Source: the human T2T-CHM13v2.0 reference genome, Homo sapiens
Length of the DNA: 64,000 bases
Reading direction: 5' to 3' (one strand)
NCBI RefSeq assembly: GCF_009914755.1
Contig: NC_060930.1
The first letter of the stretch is position 1. Every line of letters starts with the position of its first letter. The notes under the pieces are model-generated. The model saw nothing but the letters and a program-made list of their open reading frames with translations, made no database searches and was not told the DNA's origin. This document shows positions 27,780-42,020 of the stretch, in pieces. A program made the translations under genes and the position numbers.

Positions 27780-30409
27780 AGAGCAGTCAGATTTTTTAAC
27801 CATTGTTAAAGGTTTCCAGTTCTGTGCCCTTCTGGAAGCAGTGTGGCCCCAGACTGACAACTGACCCTCAAAGAGGAAGGAAAGCCCTCACCTTGCTCCC
27901 CGACAATACTGCAGTGCTGTTTCTCCTAACTTGTAACTGATGCTTCCCTACTCTGTCCTTGGAGCTGGTGAGTATCGGACTTAGCTGAAGCTGATAATCA
28001 TTTCTAGATTTTGCCAATGCTTTGCCTTCAGTTTCCTCTTTATGCCTGTTTTAATCCATTAATATCCTTCTCACCATGGGTTTTCTTTGATGACTTGGAA
28101 AGCTATTTTCTCTGTTTCTAGTTATTTATTGAAAATTGAAGTTGCCATCCTTTCAGCTCCACAACATTCTCTGAAGCCAAATTTGTGACTTCAGGTTGGA
28201 TGTCGATGGGTGAGTAATCAGACATGTGGGGCCATGCCCAGTTTAACTTCAAATATTCACACTAAATGGAGGGAAGAAGAGTCAAGAAAAAAAGAGAGGA
28301 CAGAGTTTGATATGTAGCGGTCTCTTTATTCATTTAATGGTAACAGGAAGCCCTCTCTGTCTCACGCCTGCTCCCACCCACAGGTCCTGGTGTACATGTG
28401 GGTGGTGGGAGTTCTAAAAATTTGATCTAAGATATAGTCAAGGGGGGAAAAAGGTAATTTAGAAGCTTCTATTTATTTAGCTTTAGGATTCTTCCACACA
28501 AATTCTAATAAGTGTCTGTGGTGTTACGGTTTCTGCTATTTGGAGATAGTACTTTGGATTTCTATAGAAACTCTCTGTTGAATAACAGTGCTCTGGAAGC
28601 CCAGAGCTAGGGGAATGCTGGGTGCGTGACGAGGCTTTTTTAGGGTTAGAAGTGTAAAAGCAATAGGACCTTTAAAAAAAAATGACAGTGACAGATAAAG
28701 AAGTTTACCCTCACCCCCTCCCAGCACTATTTGTGCCTTAAAAAGAGAAAAACAAAAGTTCTTTTTAATTTAAAGTGAATTTCTAAGGAGAAAAAAATTT
28801 AATTGTTTTTAGAATATAACTGATTAAAACGAAAACTGAATGTTGAACTTGAGAAAACCATACAAATTAAAGAAAATGCACATAAGGTTTAAAAGAAAAA
28901 CTTCCTGTGATATGATGACTATGCATATTCAACACAACTTTGGAAAACATTGTTTTTTCACTTTAAGGAGCAATCTTTCCCTTCACTTAGTGCTCTAGTG
29001 AGCAATTGTTCAGGAAGAGTAAGAGGGTGGGTTTTCTTAGAGGTCAAGAATCAGAGCTGTAGGAGACTGAATTATGGGCTTGACTGGAAGACTGTGATAC
29101 ATTGATGAGCTTCTTCACGACTCCAAGGGATGATTTGTTTGTGCTTTGATACATGGTATTTCAAAACCAAATTGTACGTGTATTCACCAACAAAAGAAAC
29201 TGAAGAAATTGCATGAGATTAAAAGTTACAAAGATTGTTGTTTTTTTTTTTTGTTTCTGAGTCACAAGCAAGTCATTTTTGAAAGCACTGTGCTCAGCAA
29301 GACAGGTTTATAAATGAATGCTACTCACAGGTGGAAACTAGAATGAACAAAACCACTAAAAGCTACATAAAAGGTTTCTTATTTTTCTGTACTGCATGAT
29401 TAATTAGAGCCATTGGGTGAAAAAGAGAGGAAAATTGCTTCTCTTTGTTGTATTTAGCTGTTAGGTAGTTTTTATTAGATATTTATATAGGTATACCTTT
29501 TGTCACGTGTATAAATGAGAGCCAAGTTCATTATTTGAGGTCTCACTGATTGGGATTTATGATAAGTCACATAGAGATGGTTTTAAGTTTACCTCTGCTT
29601 AGCAAATGAAAAATAAAGGACTGCGAAGGGCGGATTGAAAAGATGAACCTTCTAAAGCATTTTGGAAGCTCAATATGCAAACAACCAAGACACTAATTAG
29701 AAATGCTTCCTGTTTATCCTTAAAGACAAGAAGCCTGAGAATTTCTAGAAGGCAATACTTTGTTACCCTGAGCAGCTGTACATTTTTCTTTTTCTGTATA
29801 TTTTAAGAGAAAAGAGTTTTATGTGTACTTATAAAGAAATCATTTATATGAATTTCAGAATAAGAGTCCTGCAATTTCTTTGAATTTATGACCATTCATT
29901 GTCAAACGGAGATTACGGTGGTCTAAAATTCAAGACCATGACAACTTTAAAGGAGGTAAACAGAGGAAAATCTTGGGACATATGGCAGGAATGCCTCTGA
30001 AAGGAAGTTGGCAGGAGCTAAGAGGCTGAGGCCTGGGGGAAATAAATAATAACTCAAGTGCCCTCCAGTGGAGAGGAGGCTGAGAAGAGGCCACTCTGCC
30101 ATGCTCCACAGGCCCTAGACCACTCCCGGGCTCCTCAGGTGTGAGTCTGTGCTGATTTGCTGACATCACCTCACAAGCCTCACAAGTCCTGACACAGCAA
30201 GGCCAAAAGAAACCACTCAGGCAAACGGCACATTCTGGGATCTACAAGTCTCCTATAAGTAGCTGTTCCAATTTCCAAATATTAAAACAAAAAAGCAAGC
30301 TCATTAAGAACTTGCTGATGCATTCTATTTTTAAAATAATAATAAAAAATAATTTAGGTGATACTGCATAGCTCACAAAATATTTCCACGTGCATTATCT
30401 TACTTAATG

Positions 30410-31210
30410 CAAACGACAATCGCGTAGGGGTGGATTCGATTCACCTAGCTTTGCTTACAAGACGGCCCAAGCATCGAGAAGCGAAGAAAAGCACTTAGCA
30501 CACAGGACTGCACAGCCACCCAGCCCTCTGCGGGTTCCCAGGGGGAGGCGCTCGAGGGTGAAGTACAAACCCATCCCCAGGCTGCGAAAGAAAAGTCTAC
30601 GAGCTGGCCTCTGTGGGAGGGTCAGGGCCCAGGGTATAAACATAGACATGCTGTGCAGCGGTTTCTGTTTCTTTCACGCACGGCACAGAAGGAAAAGCGT
30701 TTGGGGTTCAGCTCTGCCAGGAAATAAATACATAACCGGCCTCGTGGTGGCCATGCTGCAGGTGGCACACTCCGAGCAGGCCCCTTGGGGGATGAGAGGG
30801 GCATCTTCTGCTAAGCATGGGAACAGCCTTGGGCGCCCCCAGTGCTGGGGAGAAAGAGGGCCCCCCTCCCCTCGTGTGAGTCACCAAATCCCTGAGCGAC
30901 TTAGGTGCTCCTGCCCCACCCTCTTCTCTACCTCAGCCCAGCCTCTCAAACACCTTGATCCGCAGACGCCCCCAGGTTGGTAAACCGACTGAACAAGAGG
31001 GAAGAGGCAAGTTCCGTGGGTCAGGGCATCACCGAACAGGAATCCCCGGAGACACGCCCAGGAGCCGAGGAGGGCAGAGGTGCTCCAGTCGGGCCGCTGA
31101 GCCATCCTTCTTGGCTGGGCTCTGAGAAGAAAGGGGAGTGGGCACTGTCCGCTGGAAGTGAGCTGGCTGCCTATGACCCCTAACAGCTCTAAGCCCGAGG
31201 GTTCTGCGTG
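30410..31210. promoter_or_regulatory. GC/CpG-enriched non-repeat segment, candidate enhancer or promoter
   Basis: Visibly higher CpG density than the flanks, TATA-like 'gtataaa' at about 30634 and AP-1 tgagtca at about 30877. Confidence 0.5.
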
Positions 31211-31624
31211 TTCAGATTTCTTTCTGAGTGGCCCCTACCACCCTCGTCCTGCATAAAAAAGTATTCAGGGACTCAAGCTAGGCATTCTGTAGAGATTTGA
31301 ACATTCGGTTAATTTTCCTTCACTGTATTCTCAGATACCTGGACATCTAGCACAGCGCAGGAAGATGCAGTTTCCAGTAGATTTCCAAATATCTCCTTAG
31401 CTGCCCTCAGACATCGCCAGCCCTTGTTCTGCCTCTAGGAGACTCCCAGAGCTGTGTGCATTTCAACCGGGCCCATGTTTTGAGATTTGGGGATAGGTGG
31501 TAGGGTGCATTTTCTGAATAGAGAGGGTGGCCACTGGAAGAACCATAAAATTAGGAGTTGATTGATTTGAGCTTGAGTCCTAGTTCCAGCAGTGAAAACC
31601 CGCTCTGGACTTGTACACATGTGT

Positions 31625-31960
31625 CTGAATGTTGGCTCTGTTCTGCCACACTGTGGCCTGTGACTTTTAATAAGTCCTTTAACTTCTCTGAGCCTCAGCC
31701 TCCTCATTTGCAAAATGGATACAATTACCAACCTCATAGGGTTGGACTGAGGATTAAGTGAAATAATGCCCAATAGGGGAGCTGGCACAATGCCTGATAC
31801 TAATACTACCCCAAATAAATGACAGATGTACTGTCTTACTCCTTTCTCTCTGAGCTTCAGTTTCCACATAAGAAAAAAATTGGGGGGCAGGGATAGTACA
31901 GATCCTTCTAGCTCCTCAGGGTAGTTGTGAGTCTCCAATGAGATAATGCATGTGAAATCA
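31625..31960 (+). mobile_element. Two MIR fragments
   Basis: MIR cores 'aacttctctgagcctcagcctcctcatttgcaaaatgg' and 'ctctgagcttcagtttccacat'. Confidence 0.75.
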
Positions 31961-32201
31961 CTTCCACCACTAAGAATGTGAAGTTTTAATCAATTTTATC
32001 AGGTTGACACATTAGGGCCCTTCATCTGGTCCACACCAGGGTGGGAAAGTATGGGGAATAGTGGATCTGATTTGATGTGGGATGAGGTAAGGAAAGGCCC
32101 TGAGAATGGAGCTCTGTCTAGGACTGAGAGAAGGCACCATTGTTCAGTACAACTGGAGGCAGCAGAGTGCTGGGAGAGGGTGCCCTCAAAGAAATGACGA
32201 G

Positions 32202-32700
<499 letters not shown>

Positions 32701-33848
32701 TCATGTATTGACTGTACCGAGAGAGTGAGTGGTCTGACTGATGCCTCACAGATGAGCAGGGGCAAGACCAGGAAGCAAGTCCCATACCCTGAGCTGGGAC
32801 CCTCCGTGCCCCACATCACTTCTCAGATGACACAGAAATAGAGACAGCACTGGGAGTGAGGGCGAAGGAAAAAAACTATGTAGCCTTACCCTGAAGATTA
32901 TGCTTCTCATCTTAAAAAAACCAGATATCTTCATTTTGTAACTGCTGTGGGGAAATAGAAGAAAATTGATTTTTTTGTCCTTTGAGGGAATTATAATGAT
33001 GTCTGGGCTACTCAGTTAAAAGCTGGGTTAAAAACATGAAGTTAAACTATATGCTTTTCTTAAGAGATCAAGATATTCTTTCACTCTTTCCCTTCTGTGT
33101 GCAGGATGTTATTGTTTTAGATTGAAAACACACTTTTAACTCAAGGTAGGGAAAGAAAATGGAGTGGGAGAACTAGACAGCCAGAAAGCTCTTCAAACCT
33201 AGTGGGACTCGTGGTTCCTCCATAACTTGGTCTTAGCATGACAGGACCGTTACAGCCTCCACTATAGTGTCTCTCCCCTCTCTCCCATCCTTGTTCTTCT
33301 GTATCCTCCTACCTCTGCTTGTCTGTGTCAGCCTGGCTGCAGGTCTTAAATGGGGGGAAAAGATCTCTGTTTTCTGTACAGGTTGTATAATCATATACAA
33401 TGTCAAAGAAAAAAATGTAGGGTTGACGACTGGCCTAATACATTCTGAATCATAATCATTTACTGCTGATTGAATAAACTGTCCCTTCGTAGTTGCCACT
33501 GATGATATTCCCAGGGTACACATGAGGTGGAGTGGGATTCAGAGGGTTCAGAGTCCCTCGTTTGCTCAGAGCTTCCCCTGAGAGAGGACCAGAGCTATGG
33601 ATAGAATTGGGGTGCCCCAGAACTTGGGGGTTGTCCCCTCTGATGATCATGTTTACTCATGCTTTTTGGTGATTAGAGTTCTTACCACTTGCAAATAACT
33701 ATACTTTATAAGAATACATCTAATAATGGGATACTACTCAGCAATGAAGAGGAACAAATGTGCATGCAACATCTTGGATCATGTTAAGTGAAAGAAGCAA
33801 GACTCAAAAGGCTACATACTGTATGATTCTGTTTATGAGATATTCTGG

Positions 33849-34477
<629 letters not shown>

Positions 34478-34893
34478 TTATGAGATATTCTGGAAAAGCC
34501 AAAATGATAAGGACAGAAAACAGATCACTGGTTGACAAGAGCTGGGGAAAAGGATTGACTCCAAAGGGGCATGAAGGAATGTCTGGGGTGATGGAACTCT
34601 TCTATATCTTCATTGTTGTGGTGGTTACACGACTATAGGTGTTTGTCAAGACTCATAGGACTGCTCACTAAAAAGTATGCTGTGCTCTATGTAATTACAC
34701 CTCAATAAACATGACTAAAAATTTTTTTAAACTATGAACAAAGATTGACTGATATATATATATATATACATATATATGAGTGTTTAGAATAAAGTATACA
34801 GATGTCTGCAATTTATTTTTAAAGCATTAAAAATAAGATTTATCAAAGGATTGATAGATAGGTATATGGTTAGGTATGTGATGTAGGTGGTAG

Positions 34894-34894
<1 letters not shown>

Positions 34895-34938
<44 letters not shown>

Positions 34939-35040
34939 TCCATAGAATATATATATATTCTATGGATATCCATAGAATATATATAATATCCATAGAACAT
35001 ATATATTATATATAATACAAAAAGGTTATATATATATTTA
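34895..35040. repeat. (TA)19 followed by a palindromic ATATCCATAGAA repeat cluster
   Basis: Perfect palindromes at 34936-34969 and 34950-34985. Confidence 0.92.
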
Positions 35041-36134
35041 GTATATTCACTGTATAATTATTTCAACTTTTCTATATGTGAAACGTATTAATAATAAAAT
35101 GTTGGAAAACATTTGAAAATACATCTAATGTATTTTCTTCACCACCTATGCCATTTAGAGGGTTGCTTGTAGACCCATACACTTGCTTTCATACTCTCTG
35201 ATGAGTTCAAGAGTACTCTCCCTCTCCCCTTCAAACCATCCTAATAGGAGTAAAGTTTCCCTTGGTCCAGAGGGGAAGAGCTGAGCTCTTGGGGTTCTTT
35301 GCCGACTCACTTACATGAATTTACTGTCCTCCCTTTGATGCGGTATCAGCAAGCGAATCCTTTATGGTGTTTTTTTTTTTTTCACTTGCTTGAAAATTGA
35401 AGGATTGGATTAATTTCACTCAATTTGTAACAAACCTCAGGGAACAAGCTTTGGACAGCAGCAATTCAAAGTGTTAGCAAGTATCTCAGACTCCGTTTTT
35501 CTTGATATTGCCTGGTTCTTTCTGCAGGCTCAGGCTTTGTGTGCCTCTTTCCATCCCACCCTGTAATGGAGATAAGAACTAAGCCACCTGCTCCCAAGCA
35601 CAAGAACCTCTCTGGTGCCTCAGAAACCAGGCACCCCTGGAGCCAACCCTTGATGGGATTGGAAATGGTCTTCTTTCCAAATCGCCCTCTGTTTGGTGGA
35701 GGATGAAAAGATCTCCCCTTCAAAGAGTATGTGAGGCATAGTTTTTTGATAATAGATATGCATACCTTCTCCCGATTACCCTGACCTTTAAAATAGCCCA
35801 GTTTCCAGCTGGAAACAGAAAGAGCAGCACAGCATGGCTGGAGAGTCACAGACATCAGGCCTCCATAAGTAAGTACGTGGACGGTTCAATTCCCAACCAA
35901 TACAATCCGCTTTACAATTATAATCATTTTTTAATATTTAAGTGGTTCAGATTAGATACACTTAAAGTGTCCCAAACTCTACAAGCTTTCATTTGGATTT
36001 GGGTATATGGATCCTGTTTGAAGAAATGTATTGCTATTTATTGACATAAAAAGGTACCCAAGTTATGTTGTGAAATGAAACAGTAAGTTGTAGAACATGG
36101 TATTATTCTGATCCCACTTAAAAATATATTTAGC

Positions 36135-36400
<266 letters not shown>

Positions 36401-36439
36401 GTTTTATGGTTTTAGCTCTTATTTTTAACATTTAAAAAA

Positions 36440-37265
36440 TGGATATTTAACTTAATGGGCTATAATCTATTAACATCATTGTTTATTTGATGCTCACAGT
36501 GTCCCAGTTTTGCCAGTAGAAGCCCCTCCAAGGCAGCTCCCCAGTCCTTTTGACAGATTCCCTTAATTTTTTGAGCACTTCTTTATTTTCTGGCACAAGG
36601 TGTTTCAGCCTCATCTTGTAATTTAACTGCTGCAGCCCTGGTATCAGCATTTTTCCAAGAAGCCCTCATTCCATTTGGTGTGAGTGATATTTAAAAACCA
36701 ACATCTGGGTACTAAGTTGCTCATTGCTATTGGGTATTACTGCTTCTAGATCCTTTTAGTGGACAGAGCTAGGAAGTATCTGTGTCTGTCTGTCTGTCTA
36801 GATTATTCTAATTCCAGGGCAACAAATAGGATTCTTTTTTGTCTTCACTCATTTTATATTTGTATCTGCCTTCTCCCACAATGAGAACTCCCAACACATC
36901 CTACAGGCTCCCAACACATCCTGTACGTACTTGTTTGCTTAGTTCTACAATACACAATATAGTTTTAGAATTGTTATAACTGTGGTCTACAAAAAACAAA
37001 TCTGCTAAACAGAGTTTAAGATTTTTTTATTATTTTATTCTCTTTTTTTTGGTTTTTTGACTGAGGATATTTAGCCAAAGTATTGTGTTCAAATGTTACT
37101 TGGATTAATTCTTTTCTTTTTCTTCCATGTAGTTGTGCTATTCATTTGAAATACAGTTCATTGGTTTCTGTTTGCATTCAATTTGCATTTTTTCTCATAC
37201 TTGTTTATTTAATTTTATTTTTGAATGTATAGAGAATTGGTAACGTTTTAAAACAAACTACAAAA
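36440..37265. mobile_element. Ancient L1M (L1MC-like) 3'UTR fragment
   Basis: 'ttttgagcacttc..tattttctggcacaagg.tgtttcag.ctcatcttgta...gccctgg.atcagc...ccaagaagccct' is characteristic of old L1M 3'UTRs. Confidence 0.65.
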
Positions 37266-39563
37266 AGGTTTTATATATATATATATATTTAGTATATTTT
37301 ACAAAAGAAATGGGAGTGCTACGCTGTACGGGGTGAGGGCTGGGAATTCTAGATGACTTTCTCTCTGTTGTATGTTTCTGTATTGTTTGATTTTTATACA
37401 GCATGCGCATATTAGCTTTGTATTAGATGAAAACAAAATCAAGACATATTTTTCAGTGCTACTGCCCAAGTTTACAGTTTTGACAACTGTTGGGGGGGTG
37501 GGTAGGGTAGGAGGGGGTAAGGGGTGTGTATATAGTTAACATGTTCTTACGCAGTGAAACAATTTCTTGGATCTTGCTATTTCAGAGGAAAAACTGGTAC
37601 TCACATAGTGGGTTGAATCTAGGCTAACATATTTCAAGATGCTTTGCATTCCCTAAGATCCTCCTTACCCCCAACTTGATACACTAGCTTAATGCTTCTG
37701 AGAAAATTTGCTATTCTGGTAATTTTCTGTTACCAACCAGAGACCAAGTTATCATTCTAGTGATTAACTTTTGGGCTCTTTAGATCCTTCATCAAACAAA
37801 CAACCTGAGAATTACAGACTTCAGAATCCATCGAGGCTCTGAGTTCTCTAATCCCTCTGCTGGTTTCATTTTCTTTTTTATGTTTGTTAGCTGTATTTGT
37901 ATTTGCTGCTTCTTCCTCTCCTTTCCTTTTCCCTCCACACCCTCTCTTTTGTCCATCCTCGGCTGGAGACAGCTAAAATATCTGTCCAGATCATGTACAT
38001 ACAAAGAGAGCACTTTCTCAACCAACGGACCTCCCTGAATTATTCAAAGTACCTTCCATTCTCCAGTTTCCCATCATTTTTCTTCCTTGACAGTATAAAC
38101 TGGAATTGGACATTTGGCAATTGTACCCATGGATTTAATCATTCAGGCAGGAAGGAAGAGGGTAAGCCTTCTACAGAAGCAAGTATTCTTCTGAATGATG
38201 AGAAAATAGGTAACAACATGTTTGAAGGTATATAAATAATTTTTATGCCAGTATAAACACTAGGGTCCCTAAAACAAAAAGCATTCTCTGTAATTGGCAG
38301 AGCTGTTGGTAAACAAGATTCAGAACTGGGGAGAAACCCAGGCTTTGTGGGGCCCAGCCGCCTGTTGTCTGGGATGAGGCTGTTAATGGATAAACTTAGC
38401 AGGTGTCTAGACTGAAACCCAGGAAAATATGTGACCTATGAATTATACAGAATGTTCTAAAAGGTTTCTTTCTTTTTTATACTTGGGGTAAACTCCTCAC
38501 TGACCTCCTCTCAAATCTTTAAGCTTGTAGCTTAAAAGAAACAGAAACCAAGAGAGGAATTTTCCTGGTATATCCTTCTCCACTTCAGAGCAGAGAAGCC
38601 CAGCCTGAAGCCTAAAATCGCAGCACAAGGGATTTGTCAGTCAGTAGCAATTCTGTTGGTCAGAACGGCAGCAAGAGACCAAATCAGCAGGTTGGAAACG
38701 GCAGCAACACGGTTTCTGCTGTGGTCTGGGACACTTGGGTGCTTGTATCCACGCTGAAAAGCTAAATCTGCAACCGTAGTGCCTCCCCATACCGGTACAA
38801 AATCCCAGAGTGGAGGAGGCCGGGGGAGAAACATGAGTGTGGTCAAGGCCTGACCCTTGCCAGATAACAGGTGAGCCAGGACAGAAAGCTGATAGGAAGC
38901 TGGGCTGCTCTGTAAATTGACGCTGGATCTCTCTGCAAGCAGGGGCCATCTGCAGAGTGGGTAGCCTTGTGCAGATGGAGGACTGTGGGAGAGGTGCCCA
39001 CATATTCTTCCTATCCCGGGCCCCTCTGTCTCCCTGAGATCTTGCCTTCAGGTTCTCATCTGAAGACAGTGGTATTTAGAAGAAAATCTAAGACTGTTTC
39101 TATGAATCAGAGTGCCTTCCAGAGCTGCACGTGCAGTGAGGAATAGCCAGCTGGGTTCTTACCTCCTTGTGTAGAATTGTCAACCCAGGATGGTGGCAGA
39201 CAGGAGAGCCCTCCTTCGAAGTCCCACAGCCCCAACCACAGTCCAGGGCATCGTCTGTGGGATTCAGACTGCTGCTTGACCAGGTCCCCTTGCCCAGTCA
39301 CAATTAAGAATGCCATCACACTGAGTCAGGAGAATGGCCGGCGAAGCAGAACAAGACAATTAAGTCACATTGACACTGGGAGGAAGTCGCCAGTGGTATC
39401 TCTGAGACAGCAGATTCCCTAATCTCAAGTGCATATCAGCTTTGTCACTGTTGTCTTTTCAGTGGGACAGAGAAAACTCATTTCCATTCCTCTGATTGGA
39501 GTCCACAAAAAGTGCTAACCAGTGGCTGCCTCCATCAAAGCTCTACCTAACAGAGTTCAACGG

Positions 39564-39872
39564 GTTTTTGTTTTGTTTTGTTTTGTTTTTTGAGACAGCA
39601 TTTGCGCTGTCACCTAGGCTGGAGTGCAGTGGCATGATCATAGCTCAGTGTAACCTCCAGTTCCTAAGTTCAATCAATCCTCCTGCCTCAGCCTCCTGAG
39701 TAGCTGGGTTTACAGGCACACACCACCATGCCCACTAACTTAAAAAAAAATGTTTATAGAGACAGGATCTTGCTATGTTGCCAGGCTGGTCTCTAATTCC
39801 TGGCCTCGAGTGATCCTCCCACCTCAGCCTCCCAAAGCATTGGAATTACAGGTGTAAGCCACCACGCTAGGC
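39564..39872 (-). mobile_element. AluJ
   Basis: (TTTTG)n tail; flanking repeat agagttcaac. Confidence 0.92.
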
Positions 39873-40214
39873 TAGAGTTCAACTTTTTAAAGAGGCGAAA
39901 CAAGTTCCAAGTGGGCTCTGTCATCTGGTTGCATTTACTTGTACTGAAAATAGCCTGGAGATCCTCTGTGGGGGCAAACACTCCATTTTCCCAGAAGAAC
40001 AGGAGTCACACCCCTAGGGGCCAAGATCAGTTTTTCCCTAGTGTATCTGTGTTGCCTCCTGTGTGGTGTGGTGTAAGCCAGCTGAATGTGAGGGTAGGGT
40101 GCCTGGCTGAGGAAGATGGGGATGCCTTCTCCAGTATGACATGTCTCCCATTATTTTGGGAAAAAATGTGGAGGTGGCAATGGTAAGCCCTTCATACTGC
40201 CTCAAATGCCACTA

Positions 40215-40455
40215 TTACCATTTTTAGGCCCTCAGCTCCCAATAGCTACATTGCCAGGAACTGTGCTAGGCACTTGACATATTTTATGTCTTTTAATCCC
40301 CTCCAATAACAATGGGAGGTGGGTGTTACTGTAATAAGCATTTTAAGGTTGAGGAAGTGGGCATTCAGGGAGGTGGAATAAATTGCCCACAGGCCAACAG
40401 CTAAGAAGTTGTAGAAGCAGGATTTGAAGCCAAATCTCCTGGTTGTCAAAGCTTA
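40215..40455 (-). mobile_element. MIR
   Basis: 'tgtgctaggcactt...gaggaagtgggcattcagggaggtggaataaattgcccacaggcc...ggatttgaa'. Confidence 0.75.
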
Positions 40456-41430
40456 TATACTTTTCAGGGTTTCTTTCCTTTAATCGCCCACCCCAACTGT
40501 GGCAGACTAAAGGAAAGAAAGGCTCTCGGGGCATTCAGTTATCTGTGCCCACCCCTCATTCCCGTGCCCTGCCCTGACCCTGCTGTCATCATGTAGAAGG
40601 CCCAGGCACCCACGGGCTGTTGCTGTGTCTATACTCCTCTTTACCTGGGCAGGTCACAGGTAAGCAGCTTGACAGGGTTTACAGGACACCAGATAGGTCC
40701 TTCTCCCGAATGTCTGCTCAGTATCACACATGTGTGTCTTTGTAGTGACCTTTGGCCTCTTTTAAAATTCAAATATCCCTAAGAAGGGTAACATATTACC
40801 GTTCTCATACCTTGGTTTGATTATTATTATTATTTTTTTACTACACTGCTATGGACTAGAAAAGAAAATAAATATTTCATTACAGATTCTGGGGGTGAAA
40901 GGAAGAAGTGAGGAAGGCTTAGGGAAGATGAACTTTGGGATCCATTGCTTTACTATGAGTTTAATTTTGATGGAACCCAAACGGTTATTGAGTAGATGAG
41001 GTACCAGGTATTTTACTAAGGGTTACAGGCATGCAGAGCTTATTAAGGATTTGTTCTCACCTGGGGAGATTTGAATATGGTCCGGGTATTAAATAATATG
41101 TGGGGATCATTGTTAATTTTATTACGCAGTTATGTAGAAAAATGTACTTATTTTTTAGAGACGCTCTTACTAAAATGTCATAATGTCTGATTTATTTTTA
41201 AATGTTTCAACAGGAAATTAGATGAAGCAAATATGGCAAAATGTTAATAATTGTTAAATTTAGGTGATAGATATATAAGATTCATTATACTATTTTCTCA
41301 ACTTTACTGAATGTTTGAAAATTCTCATAATAAAAAGTAAAACAAAAACAAACAAATGAGCAAACAAAAAACCTAAAGCTTTCCAGTAGCTCAAAATCGA
41401 AGTTCTATTGCAAAGATGACAATTAGGTTT

Positions 41431-42020
41431 TGTAGTAAGCAGAATTTGAAGATGGCCCCACGATTCTTGCCCCTTGGCATACAGGTTCTGTATAGTTCTT
41501 GAACCTTGGGTATAAATATGATGAGATTTTACTTCTGTGATTAGATTATGTTATATGGCAAAAATGAGGGATTTTTCAAATGTAATTAAAGTCCTTGATC
41601 AGTCAATTTTTAACTAATCAAAAGAGAGATTATCCTGGGTGGGCCTGACCTAATCAGGTGAGCCCTTTAAAGCAGCGTCTATAAGCAGCAAAAGACCCTT
41701 GTTGGCCTTGAGGAAGCAAACTACCATGTTATGGAGAGGGTCATGTGGCAGAGAACAATGGGTGGCCTTTAGTTGCTGAAGGCCTCAGGCCTACAACTGC
41801 AAGGAACTAAATTCTGCCCACAACCATTGAGCTTGGAAGGAGACCCTGAGCCTTAGATGAGATTGCAGCCCCAGAGAACACCTTCATTGCAGCCTTGGGA
41901 GACCCTGAGCAGAGAATCCAGCTAATTCATGCCCATGGAAGCTGTGAGATAAAAAATGTATGTTGTTTTAAGGCAATAAACTTGTGGTAATTTGTTACAA
42001 AGCACTAGAAAACAAATATA
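41431..42020 (+). mobile_element. MaLR LTR (MLT1E-like)
   Basis: 'gagattatcctgggtgggcctgacctaatcaggtgagccc', 'tgcaaggaactaaattctgcc' and terminal 'tgtggtaatttgttacaaagcactagaaaac'. Confidence 0.85.

Noticed and set aside
26431-27799. Plus-strand ORFs of 83-142 aa over the pseudogene
   Set aside because: These are antisense shadows of GC-rich ASS1 coding sequence with no independent coding evidence.
31435-31938. 167-aa minus-strand ORF
   Set aside because: It is built from antisense MIR cores (ILQMRRLRLREVK is the typical MIR translation).
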